A stretch of 63,822 bases of DNA, the filler included, from Octopus bimaculoides (Eukaryota): NCBI RefSeq assembly GCF_001194135.2. It is 6 parts of 5 records of this genome, joined end to end, with 100 filler letters (N's around TTAATTAATTAA, not from the genome) between each part and the next. Parts side by side here need not be neighbours in the genome. Positions count along the whole stretch, not along the records: positions 1 to 27,693 come from NC_068986.1; 5 more parts are not named here. One strand, written 5' to 3'. This document shows positions 1 through 11,258 of this stretch, piece after piece. The position numbers were made by a program, and so were the translations under genes. The notes beneath the pieces are model-generated. The model was not told where the DNA came from. It searched no databases and was given only the letters and a program-made list of their open reading frames with translations. Position 1 is the first letter of the stretch. Each line of letters opens with the position of its first letter.

Positions 1-644
1 TCTGAGAAAATAACATTCTTCCACTGCTCCAGGGACCAATTCTGTAGGTTTTTACTGCACTCTAAATGCTTTATAATGTTTGTTTTTGAAAGTAGTGGTT
101 TTCTGATTGCAGCCCTCCTGTAAAATCCAGCTTTGTGCAGCTCCTGGCAAATAGTTTTTGTGGAAACTGGGTTCTTGAAGTGATCATTAAGCTCTGCAGT
201 AATTCTGGGAGCTGTACTTTTGTGATCCTTTCTAACAATTCACTTACAAGTCCGACAGTTCCTATCTGAAAGTTTTGGTTTTCTTCTGGAGTTTTGTTTC
301 AATGAGGAGGTTTATCCCTCTTTCTCAAAGGCTGTCATTACTTTCAAGACAGTACTTCTTGATACACCAAATATTTCGGCTGTTTTCGTTACGCTAGCAC
401 CTGACATATGAGCACCAACAATTTGACCTCTTTGGAAGTCCGATAGATCTGTCATTTTAATGAATTTTAATTACCTTTTTCTGATGATATCTGAGAAGAA
501 ACAGCAATTTTAGCAAAACATATTAAACAACACTAATAATTAATCAAAAACCATAAAAATAAGCAAGCTTTTGACAGTTTTATAGATATTTCAAATTTAT
601 GATGCTATGATGCTAGGTGTTTCCATTATTCTGTCCAACCCCTG
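1..644 (-). mobile_element. Tc1-family DNA transposon, 5' half with inactivated transposase (continues beyond window start)
   Basis: Minus strand from ATG at 455: MTDLSDFQRGQIVGAHMSGASVTKTAEIFGVSRSTVLKVMTAFEKEG*...RAAIRKPLLS...WSLEQWKNVIFS, a paired-like HTH running into the first DDE Asp; two in-frame stops. TIR CAGGGGTTGGACAGAATAATGGAAACACC ends at 644, followed by TA. Confidence 0.9.
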
Positions 645-660
645 TATATATATATGTGTA

Positions 661-704
<44 letters not shown>

Positions 705-812
705 TGTGTGTGCGTGTGTGTAGGAGTGACTGTATGGTAAGAAGCTTGAAAATCTACCTCAACAAATTCAGTCTGATCCATACAAGCATAGAAAAGTGTA
801 TGTTAAAAGGAA

Positions 813-920
<108 letters not shown>

Positions 921-984
921 ATAGTTTTAAAAAATTAATGGCGTTTACTGTAATTATATATACTGAATTATATGTATATAATAT

Positions 985-1270
985 ATATATAGTGAAGGCA
1001 CACAGTCCAGTGGTTAGAATGTTGTACTTGCAATCACTAAATTGTGGTTTTGATTCCTGGACTCGGTGGCATGGTGTGTTCACGAGCAAGGTACGTCATT
1101 TCATTTTTGCTCCAGTCCACTCGGCTGTAAATGGATAACCCTGCAATGGATTAGTCTTTTGATCAGGGAAAATGTTGGCCTGCCCACCCAGTCAGAAGGG
1201 TGGCATCATTCGGAGTCTATAACGATGTTAAGCTCATTGTGACCAGCAGTGTATAAAAATATCTGATAGT
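985..1270 (+). mobile_element. tRNA-headed SINE (V/Meta-like core), degenerate
   Basis: A/B-box-like head (cagtggttagaatg...gattcctgg) followed by gctccagtccactcggctgtaaatggataaccctgcaatggattag; similar to 47512 and 60508. Confidence 0.6.
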
Positions 1271-1293
1271 CTGGTCCATCAGGTGATCATATG

Positions 1294-1351
<58 letters not shown>

Positions 1352-1789
1352 ACTGAATTTGGTTTCTTGCTTGATGTTTGCCAATAGTTATATTTGGAAG
1401 AGAAATTTTGTAAGAGGTGCTTAAAACTTTGTTGTCTTGTATCCAAATTTGGTTTACTCCAGTTATATTCAAGTTGTCATATCTGCCACTTTCACAGTAG
1501 TAAAGAGATTAGTTATAAATTAAAATACATTCTTTATGAAACAATCAAGATTCACCCAAGAACACCCCCCACTTTCTAATGCCAATGATTTCTTCATTGA
1601 CGTACATTACACTGACGTACATTACATTGCACCTAAAATGTTTCTGTCTGAGGCACAAGTCCAGGCAAGGTTGTTTATGGAAGACCAGCAGTTTCCCATG
1701 CATACCAGCCTCACCTCTCCACCGATGTTATCCAAAAGAAAGGCAAAGACTGATACAGCTTGGCACCAGTGATGTTGCAGCTCATTCCT

Positions 1790-2110
1790 GCAGGTGCATA
1801 GCTTAGTAGTTAAAGATGTTCACTTCACGATTGTAAGGTCGTCGGTTCAATTCCCGGCAGCACGTTATGTCCTTGAGCAAGACACTTTATTTCACATTGC
1901 CTCAGTCTACTAAGCTGTCGAATATGAGTTGTACCTGTAATCCAAAAGGGGGCAGTCTTGTCACATTCTGTGCCATGCTGAATCTCCCTGAGAACTACAT
2001 TAAAGGCACATATGTCTATGGAGTACTCTGCCACTTGCACGTTAATTTCATGAGCAGGCTGTTCCATTGATCGGATCAATGGGAACTCACTTCATAACTT
2101 ATGGAGTGCC
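1790..2110 (+). mobile_element. tRNA-headed SINE; an inverted copy of the same family lies at 3345-3722
   Basis: gcatagcttagtagttaaag...gttcaattcccggc...gtccttgagcaagacact...cttgcacgttaatttcatgagcaggctgttccattgatcggatca; the body is the reverse complement of 3345-3722. Confidence 0.8.
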
Positions 2111-2947
2111 AATTATAAATTATTATTATTATTATTAGTTCTCTGACATCATTAACATCATTTTCATCAACATCATAAAATGTTTCCCTGTGAGGCACAA
2201 GTCCAGCCTCCCCTCTCCACCGATGTTATCCAAAAGAAAGGCAAAGACCGATATAGCTTGGCATCAGTGATGCTGCAATTCATTCCCGCTGCTGAGAGAA
2301 CTAGAACAATGTGAAATGGAGTGGTGCTGCTCAAGAACATTGCAAACTGCCTGGTCTAGAAATTGAACTCACAACCTCAAGATTGTAAGTCTGATGCACT
2401 AGCCATATGCCTTCACACACACACACACTTACAGTGAGCTTCTTTCAGTTTCCGTCTACCAAATCCACTCGCATGTCTTTGGTTGGCTTGAGCCTATAAT
2501 AGAAGACACTTGCTCAAGGTGCCATGCAATGGAACTGAACCTGATTGTGAGGCAAACTCTTCAACTTCACAGACATGCTGGCACTTATGTCCATTTTACT
2601 ATGCTTGCATAGATCAGATGGAACTTATTGGGGCAAATTTTCAAAAGCCAGATGGTCTTCTGGTTGCCAAGCCTCATCCGTTTCAAAGTAAGGATATGTT
2701 TTCATTGGAAACAGGAAACAGGAAACTCTGTTTGTATGATGGTGACATCCATTTATAATTATCCTTTGTTATCAAAACAAGGAGATGCACACATATATCC
2801 ACATACCACACACATCTATCTATCTACACACACACACACACACACGCACATACACAAACAAACACACAAACACACACACACACAAACACCCACACACATA
2901 TACACACACAGACACACACAAACGCACACACACACACNNNNNNNNNN

Positions 2948-3006
<59 letters not shown>

Positions 3007-3344
3007 CATAAAGAGCTTCTTTCAACTTCTGTCTAACAAATCTTTGTTGTCCTGATGCTATATTAGAAGACACTTGCCCAAAGTGCCATTCAGTGGAACT
3101 GAACCCAAAACCACATGGTTGGGAAGTAAACTTCTTAACCACACAGCCATGCCTGACATTTATCGACATTTGTCGGTTAAACACAACTTGGAAGATAATT
3201 ATCTGCTATGCATATACTGCCACAATTTCAGCTGAAATAAAGTTATGATGCATATATGGGCAGCAATGTGATACACACATGTGATCAAAGAATGACCAAC
3301 ACAAAACCGAAGAAAGTTTTTCAATTCAACCAATCGTCGCACTC

Positions 3345-3722
3345 TGTCAGTTACGACAATGAGGGTTCCAGTTGATCCAATCAATGGAACAGCCTGCTCG
3401 CGAAATTAACATGCAAGTGGCTGAGCACTCCATAGACACGTGTACCCATAATGTAGTTCTCGGGAAGATTCAGCATGACACAGAGTGTGACAAGGCTGAC
3501 CCTTTGAAATACAGGCACAACAGAAACAGGAAGAAAGAGTGAGAGAAAGTTGATGCGAAAGAGCACAGTAGGGTTCACCACCCCCACCCCCACCCTGCTA
3601 GAGCCTTGTGGAGCTTTGGGTATTTTCACTCAATAAATACTCACAATGCCCGGTCTGGGAATCGAAACTACAATCCCACGACCACGAGTCTGCTGCCCTA
3701 ACCACTGGACCATTGCACCTCC
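3345..3722 (-). mobile_element. tRNA-headed SINE (same family as 1790-2110)
   Basis: Shares tgaatcttcccgagaactac / gcacgttaatttc / caggctgttccattga; the ORF track translates both copies to near-identical peptides (MLNLPENYI...HLHVNF.SRLFH). Confidence 0.8.
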
Positions 3723-4894
3723 ACTATTCAACCAATTCAATGATAGCTAACATGTTACAATAAAAGTTTAGAAATACTTAAAATAATTTTTTTTTGTTTA
3801 ATTTTTATTTCATTTTATTTCTCTAAAACAAAAAAGACAAAAAAAGGAAAAAAAAGAAGATACTTCTCTGAATATTAGACAATTATTTTGAGTGCAAACT
3901 TTAATTTGATTTTCTAATTTTAGATATAAGGTTTAATTTCCAACCTGTTTTCAAAAGCTAATTGTGAGCATGACCCAGAAGCCACAATAGTCGATTCATA
4001 GTTCGTGTCATTTAGAGACACAAATGACGCACACAGCTTACATTAAAGTATCTACTAACAAACTGGTGCTCTATTATAGCCTTAATTCTGGTCAACAAGG
4101 TAGCAATAGAGATTGATTTGACTACAAATTAACAACAAGCTAGTCAGCCAGTCTGCTGTAATTCGGAAGTATAGGGAAAGTTAAGCGTCAAGTCTGTGCC
4201 ACAATCATCTCATGTCTTTGTGGTAGGTACAAATTTTGAAATGACCAGTTCTCTTTCAACAACATTTAAAGCATCCTAATTGTACATTCCTTATTGTGTT
4301 CAAAGTAGGCAAAGCGTTTATATATTACATATGTTATAGCTTACTTCCTTTATGATTAGGAAACTAGTTAAGTAGACACAAACAACCGGCCTGGCTATCA
4401 TTAGAGTACTCAAACTTAAAGGAAATGATTAAGTATAAAGTTGTGTCATATTTACCTGTCATTCTTTGACTACAGCTAAACACTTCTAACTGTTAACAAA
4501 GATTTACAGTTCTTTTTTTGAAAGAAGACTTAAAATAGGGATAATACACTGCTTTCGCTTTACATGAGAAAATAAAATTATTGCCCAGTAAATGACATTA
4601 AGTGGAACAAAAGAAAAAATATTTATTGTTTTAGAATTTAAAAATTTTCATTCAAATTCCAAATTGGATTTTCAGATCCAATTTGGAATTTTTAATGAAT
4701 TTTCAGTAAATTTTTCAGATCTTAAATAGTATTAATTAAAATAATTAACAAACAAAATTATGTAATGATTATTTAAAAGAAAAAAAATTTTTGTCTTCTA
4801 TAGAATGACATAAAAAAAAAAATTTAACTTTGCTAATTTGAATCTAGAAGAATAAAATCATTCATCATTGTCATTGCCATTGTTATCATCATCG

Positions 4895-4943
<49 letters not shown>

Positions 4944-5053
4944 TATCATTGTCATCATAACAGTGACATGCAGTTGTCTTTCTTAAAGTAAAACTTAATA
5001 CATAAAAGTGTATGTATGTATGCATATATGTATGTACATATGCATGAGTGTAC

Positions 5054-5084
<31 letters not shown>

Positions 5085-5521
5085 TGTATGTATGTATGCG
5101 TGTGTGTGTTTATGAATATGCATGTATATGTGTGCATGTATGTATATATAGTATATTCAAAGTTGTAGGCCACGCTTTTGTACTCTGGGTGGCTAAAATG
5201 TTATGAAAGGATACATTTTTCAGGGCGGAGGTCAAAGTTATATAATTTTTAGATTCTATATTTATTTATTTTGCACATTTTTATAAAGCTCAGTTTGAAC
5301 AAATTTTTGAATTTCCTGCAAAAAAATTTTATTGAATCAACATCTCCAGGAAAAAAATTGAAGATTGTTGGCATCAGTTTAAAATCAATTTCTGACCCCA
5401 CACCATCCACCACAGACTGAATTAATGAAATTGAATTTCATGGGCTGGACAAAGCTGTGTACAGATGATAGGAATATATGTGTGTGCATCATCATCATCA
5501 TCATCATTTAATGGATGTTAA

Positions 5522-5559
<38 letters not shown>

Positions 5560-5841
5560 AATGATGATGATGACGATGATGATGATGATGATGTGACGAT
5601 GATGATATATATCAATTTCATTGATTTAACGTCCACTTTTCCATGCTCCCATGGACTGAATGGAATTTATTAAGACAGAAGTTTCTATAGGCAGTTACCC
5701 TTCCTGTCGCCAACTATCCACTGTTTCCAAGCCGGGTAATATTTTCCCATGACCAGACATCTTTTTACAGAATATTGAAAATACACAGAGATATTTATAA
5801 TAATCAGTGTACAGATATCAGTGTACATATCCAATATGGCT

Positions 5842-5921
5842 GATCTTACCAATTAGTTTCACACTAGGGCTTCAAAAGAATGTTAGGTAACAGTCCGATT
5901 ACGTAACTCTGCACTCATCAG
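5842..5921 (-). ncRNA. Decayed minimal type-I hammerhead ribozyme motif
   Basis: Minus strand: CTGATGA gtgc..(46 nt)..gtgt GAAA CTAATTGG T A agatc. Helix III is one change from palindrome ACCAATTGGT; stem II GTGC/GTGT is restored to GCGC/GCGC by reverting three CpG>TpG changes; stem I 5' strand appears cut by the adjacent SINE. Confidence 0.45.
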
Positions 5922-5934
5922 AGCATATATATAT

Positions 5935-6165
5935 TTATTTCTTTATTGCTCACAAGGGGCTAACCATACAGGGGACAGAAAAGGACAGACAAGGGGAGTA
6001 AGTCGATTACATTGACTTCAGTGTGTAACTGGTACTTATTTAATCGACCCCAAAAGGATGAAAGACAAAGTCAACCTCGGCGGAATTTGAACTCAGAACA
6101 CATTGATGGATGAAATACCGCTAAGCATTTTGCCCAGCATGCTAATGATTCTGCCAGCTCGCCGC
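5935..6165 (-). mobile_element. Abundant tRNA-derived SINE (head GGCGAGCTGGCAGAAACGTTAGCA), CpG-decayed
   Basis: Reverse complement of the intact copy at 23835-24060 with many CpG>TpG/CpA changes. Confidence 0.9.
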
Positions 6166-6236
6166 TCTCTAGAACATATATATTATAGCCACACACATAT
6201 CTACACATGCATATTCATTTTTATGTACAATGCATG

Positions 6237-6289
<53 letters not shown>

Positions 6290-6906
6290 NNNNNNNNNNC
6301 AAATGAAAGAAGAGCACTCAACACATTTATTGGGAGTTACATTAATTGATCAAAACAGTTTGATTCAAATTTGATGGTGCTCCTAGAGTTTCAAGCTAAT
6401 CTTCAGCCATTTTGAATTTGAATGAAAGAAGTTGTTATTACCGTAAGGTGGGCTGCGATTGGTTGAGGAAGGTCACGTGGTATCCAAACATGTATAATGT
6501 AAAAAATGTATAAAGTATAAAAAAAAGCCCTTTTGACTGAGTGGGTGGTATGTTTGAGGGGAAGGTGGTATTATGTCTGGTCTTAAGAGGCTAAATTATG
6601 ATAGCACATAGAGAAGATACATGGCTACCACACACACACACACACACACATGCACGCACGTGCGCATGCATGGGTAAAAGAGATTACACAGGAAAAACAA
6701 TGGTAATGTTATGAACTCCATTAGCTTATAGCCGTTTCTGCTATAAGATGCAGTGGGCTCTTCATTGAATTCAGGCACTCAACTAACTACTTATCTAGCA
6801 CTTCCTTCTGAAAAATACATATATTGAGTTCTACACCAGGTTATAAGTCTCACAATGGCCAGGCAAAAACATTAAAACATGTGTGTATGTGTGTAAAAAA
6901 TATATG

Positions 6907-6965
<59 letters not shown>

Positions 6966-7457
6966 ACACACATATTCTTTGGTCCCTGCATGGATGTGAC
7001 TTTGTTGAGATGCTGTATGGCTGAAATCATTTGTTTCATTGATCACCAATGGGTATAAGTGATAGCTTTAGACATCTTTCTCTTTTGTTTTCTCTTTCAT
7101 TTCTTTCTTTTCTTTTGCTTATTTTTAAAATTATACTTTTATCTGTTATTCTTTTGCTAGTTGCTATGTCATTGTCAAATTCACTGATGAACAATCTATG
7201 TGTATGTATATATNNNNNNNNNNNNNNNNNNNNNNNNNNNNNNNNNNNNNNNNNNNNNNNNNNNNNNNNNNNNNNNNNNNNNNNNNNNNNNNNNNNNNNN
7301 NNNNNNNNNNNNNNNNNNNNNNNNNNNNNNNNNNNNNNNNNNNNNNNNNNNNNNNNNNNNNNNNNNNNNNNNNNNNNNNNNNNNNNNNNNNNNNNNNNNN
7401 NNNNNNNNNNNNNNNNNNNNNNNNNNNNNNNNNNNNNNNNNNNNNNNNNNNNNNNAA

Positions 7458-7499
<42 letters not shown>

Positions 7500-7989
7500 G
7501 GAGAGAGTGAACTCATTGACTATGTACAAAGTCAATAAAAACATAAATACAAACACTCATGCACACACACACAAGCACACAAGCATAAACACTGACACAC
7601 ACACAAACATAAGCACATAGACACAAACACACATTGACTTGCAATATTTGGTTCCCCAATCCTATTTTCTCAGCTTTGTAGAGAGCAGCAAAATGAATTC
7701 CCAGAGTTCATTGAAGCGAAACATTGTAGATAAAAACATGGAGATCAAGTCATGATGCCCAGAGAAGGCTGTAAACTCCTGAGAAATATCTTATTGTAAT
7801 GACTGTCTTCGATCTACTGTTATTATATTATGCATGTGCATATGTGTGTGTGTGAGAGTGCGTAAAATATGTACATACACCCACATAAAACAGGAGGGTG
7901 TCCTGGATACGTTAATCAACTAATGCAGCAAGACGTACCCAATGACTGGCAAAGCATTACCATTGTATAATGTTACAAAGACGATGCAT

Positions 7990-8660
7990 TAGACAGCGGG
8001 AATTACGGAGGAAACAGATTACTGGATCAGGTTATGAAGGTCACAAAAAGAGTCGTAGCACAACTGATCCTTGACAGAATAAATCTAGATGAGATGCAGG
8101 AGAAATACTTGGCTGAGAATAAACCGTTATTCCTGATATCCTTTGACTTGGAGCAAGCATTTGATAAAGTATCATGTTCGGTAATGTGATAGTCACTAAC
8201 AAAAATATGTATAAAAGAATGGTTTGTGAGAGTTGTACAAGCTATGTATAAGGATGTATTAAGTAAAGGGAGAGTTAATAATGATTCCAATGAATTTAGT
8301 ATGAATCAAGGAATCTATTAAAGTTCAATTTGCCATTCTTTCCTATTCGTCATAGGCCTACAGGCTATCACAGGAGTTTAAGACTGACTGTCCATGGGAA
8401 TTCTTAAATACTGTTGATCTAATTCTCATTGTTAAATCTGTAGTAAAATTTTAGGCATGGAAGTTAAACCTAGATCAAAGAGGCCTCAACATAAAACTTA
8501 GAAAATACTAAGGTTTTATTAAGTAGGAAAGAAGACAGAACCTTAGAATCTTCAAGGAAATGGCCTTAGTCAATATGCAGAAAAGAAGTAGGTATAAACT
8601 TCATATACTGTACTCAATGTAAGCTATGGGCACAAGAGATATAATGGAACCACTAGCAGA
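7990..8660 (+). mobile_element. RTE-clade LINE reverse transcriptase fragment (pseudogenised)
   Basis: NYGGNRLLDQVMKVTKRVVAQLILDRINLDEMQ..EKYLAENKPLFLISFDLEQAFDKV...EWFVRVVQAMY...DCPWEFL..DL...KWP*SICRKEVGINFIYCTQCKLW; matches RT motifs NYRGIKLL, DLEKAFD, PWELLYADDL and a C-terminal Cys motif; stops and frameshifts. Confidence 0.85.
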
Positions 8661-8661
8661 C

Positions 8662-8960
8662 TCATCATCATCATCATCGTCGTTTAACGTCTATTTTCCA
8701 TGCCAGCATGGGTTGGATGGTTTGACTGATGTCTGAAGAGCCAGCGGCTGCACCAGGGTCCAATTTGATCTAGCAATGTTTCTACAGCTGAATACCATTC
8801 CTAACGCCAACCACTCCAAGAGTGTAGTGGGTGCTTTTTACATGTCACTGGCACAGGAGCCAGTCAAGCGGCCCTGGAATTGATCCCATTCAGATAGTGC
8901 TTTTTATGTGCCACCATCACAGGGAGCCAGTCAGGGGGTACTGGCATTGGCTGTGGTAGG
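8662..8960 (-). mobile_element. RTE-type 3' end / RTE-mobilised SINE tail
   Basis: catcatcatcgtcgtttaacgtctattttccatgccagcatgggttgga is the reverse complement of the tail at 25711-25772 and 24560-24605. Confidence 0.75.
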
Positions 8961-8979
8961 ACCCAGTAAATGTATATAC

Positions 8980-9600
8980 ATAAACTCACTGGACCCTACC
9001 CTTGCACCCAATCTGTCCTCTGTCATACCTTGCCCACCTCCCATCTTCTTAAAACCTATTTCTCCATCATTCTCCTAACTATGGCACCATTCAGCCTCTG
9101 TAATTGTATGAAAGTAGAATCCACACATATTTCATCCTCTTTTGTGCTACAAGTCACCTCCTACTGTCTCCAGAACTACTTCATTTTAAACTCCATCCTT
9201 CATTCTCAATCTCATCCCTTTGAACTTTATTTTCCACTGATCACCCCTCTCTACCCTCCACCCCCCGTTATCTCTCTTTCTTCTGAACTACATTTTAAGA
9301 CTGCCATACCTCATCTTCAATACTTTCTCATATCTGCTGTCATTCTCAACATCCTCTCATCTCTGCCATTGGCACCCACCACTTCTTTGTCTCCGACTCA
9401 CTATAGCCACCACTGTGTATCTCTGAATTCTGTCTCTGTCATTATACATTTCTCTCTCTCCCAATTTTCCCACATCGTCCCCTTATTTTCTGATCTGACT
9501 CCAGGTTTTCCACCTTTTCTCTACAACTATCTATCACCTCTTCCTTACTAAAGGCTTTCCTATACCTTTCACCTTCCTCTGCATGATGATATTTACCATC
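8980..9600 (+). mobile_element. Highly decayed Penelope-like RT (C-terminal part)
   Basis: Faint motif order: YCLQNYFILN (cf. LNNFSFN), TSLSPTHYSH (cf. YKPTDSHSY), SLSQFSHIVPLFSD (cf. YSQFLRLRRLCSD), FLTKGFP (cf. F..RGYP). Motif-level only. Confidence 0.4.
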
Positions 9601-9914
9601 AACTACATCTCCATTCTTCCTCAGCATTCACAACATTCATCTCTACCCCCATCTTTAACCAAGTCATTCTCCTCTCATGCCTTAATGGACCTATTCAGCT
9701 ACCCTTCCCAATCCTCTGTCCATATTCTCTCATAAACTCACCTTCCTATACCTTGAAAATATGTTCTGATACCTTGTCACCACCATCTTTGTCTTCCTTC
9801 CAGTTACTCCCACTCACTTTATAAAATGTGGGATAGCCACTGATCTATTTTATAGCAAAACATCTGAGCCAGTCCCCTCTATTACACTTTAGCTTCTCAA
9901 CACCTAGCGTGGTT

Positions 9915-10560
9915 TCAGTGAAGTTCAAAGCAGCAATAAGAATAGGTTTTGTTATTCACACATAATAATCTCTTATGACAAACTAGAAGAAATGACATTC
10001 ATTTTTGCTTGGGATTTTGTTGAGCCAATCTATTATTTCGTTAGTTTTATTCTAGAGAGGTAATGTTGATTTTGTTTTTATATTTGGTGACAATTTGTCT
10101 GATTTTTTTTTTTTACTAATGATGCCTATGTCCAGTTTTGAAAGATTTACAAGTCTCATGCAAAGGTTGTCATTGAAGTTTGGTTTGTCCTCTTCCATGG
10201 TTATATATGGACATTTTGGTGTTAATGTGTCTACTCTATCATCTATTTTAAGCTTAATGACTATTTCTTTGGCTGTGGTGTTTATATCGTTTAAAGCTGC
10301 ATTTTGCTTCTTTTTTTTTTTTGTATTTGTATTTTTGTATGCATTAGAGAGAAAGCAGTTATAAGTGGTTTTACTTACCTGGTTGAAATTGTTTGACTTG
10401 TCTGATTTTACAAATATATTTAGAATTTTTTTTTTTTTTTTTGTGGTTGATTTTCTGTTTCAGTTCTTTTTGCAATTCGTTGATTTGCTTTTTGAGTTTC
10501 AGTTGCTTAATCACTGCAAATAGGTCATGTTTGAAGGGTTATAGCAATAGGGTATGTCAA
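9915..10560 (-). mobile_element. Penelope-like element RT, N-terminal to motif A (pseudogenised)
   Basis: Minus strand: PFKHDLFAVIKQLK...IFVKSDKSNNF...KIDDRVDTLTPKCPYITMEEDKPNFNDNLCMRLVNLSKLDIGIISKK...TNEIIDWLNKIPSK..HFF*FVIRDYYV*ITKPILIAALNF. Fits the PLE pattern ADKT.N / TLKDHK.NF / RLINP / FDI..FYPSI; frameshifts in A-runs. Confidence 0.8.
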
Positions 10561-11023
10561 CAAAATATCAACACACCCAGTTACTAAGGTTTAAAATACT
10601 GAACTTTGTATCTCTGACCTTTACATTGTCAAAGCAAAGGATTAAATTCAATAAAACCAAAATCAACTAAAATTACAGACATCCTGTGCCTGCTTAGCAA
10701 AAGGGACACACCTAAATATGCACACTTGCTTACAAACCTCTTGTACATGAATAAATTCTGAACAATAACATAACCCCAAATTTAATCAATCAAAATTTTT
10801 CCAAAACACCTCTCCATAACAATCCAGCCTAAAACCTAATTGCCACTCCACTCAAACCTACACACCAAAGGAAGATTTTTAACTCAGCAGAGACTATGTA
10901 AAGCCTAGGTTAACTTTAAAGCACTACATTCGTACGATGGCTTAACTGCCCAAAACTTTGAAGTCACTGTCAATAATATTCTTGTTTATGAATAACAAAT
11001 ACACACACACACACATATATATA

Positions 11024-11258
11024 CAAGGGGGTGCTGAAAAGTTCCTGACTTTGGGTAAAAGAAAATACAGGAGGACAAATTAATTACGATTTTATGCTGC
11101 ATTCACACACTCATTGCACATTTATTGCAGCAGATTCACACACTTACTGCAGCAGTCCTTCGGTTTTTCTAAGCCCTGTAAAAGAACTTGGAAGGCTGAG
11201 CCTCCAGCCAGACCTTTTGTGATACCCTTAAATTCAGGAACTTCTCAGTACCCCCTCA
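11024..11258. mobile_element. Mariner-derived MITE
   Basis: TA-caagggggtgctgaaaagttcctgact ... caggaacttctcagtaccccctca-TA; second copy in opposite orientation at 14287-14497. Confidence 0.8.

Noticed and set aside
6374-6410. HHR-like CTGAAGA...GAAA on minus with ATGG/CCAT stem I
   Set aside because: No real stem II, and position 16.1 is C rather than U; may be chance.
6404-6480. YY1-like GCCATTTT, CCAAT and GTCACGTG cluster
   Set aside because: No TSS or exon evidence, wrong order for ERSE; more likely part of a dispersed repeat.
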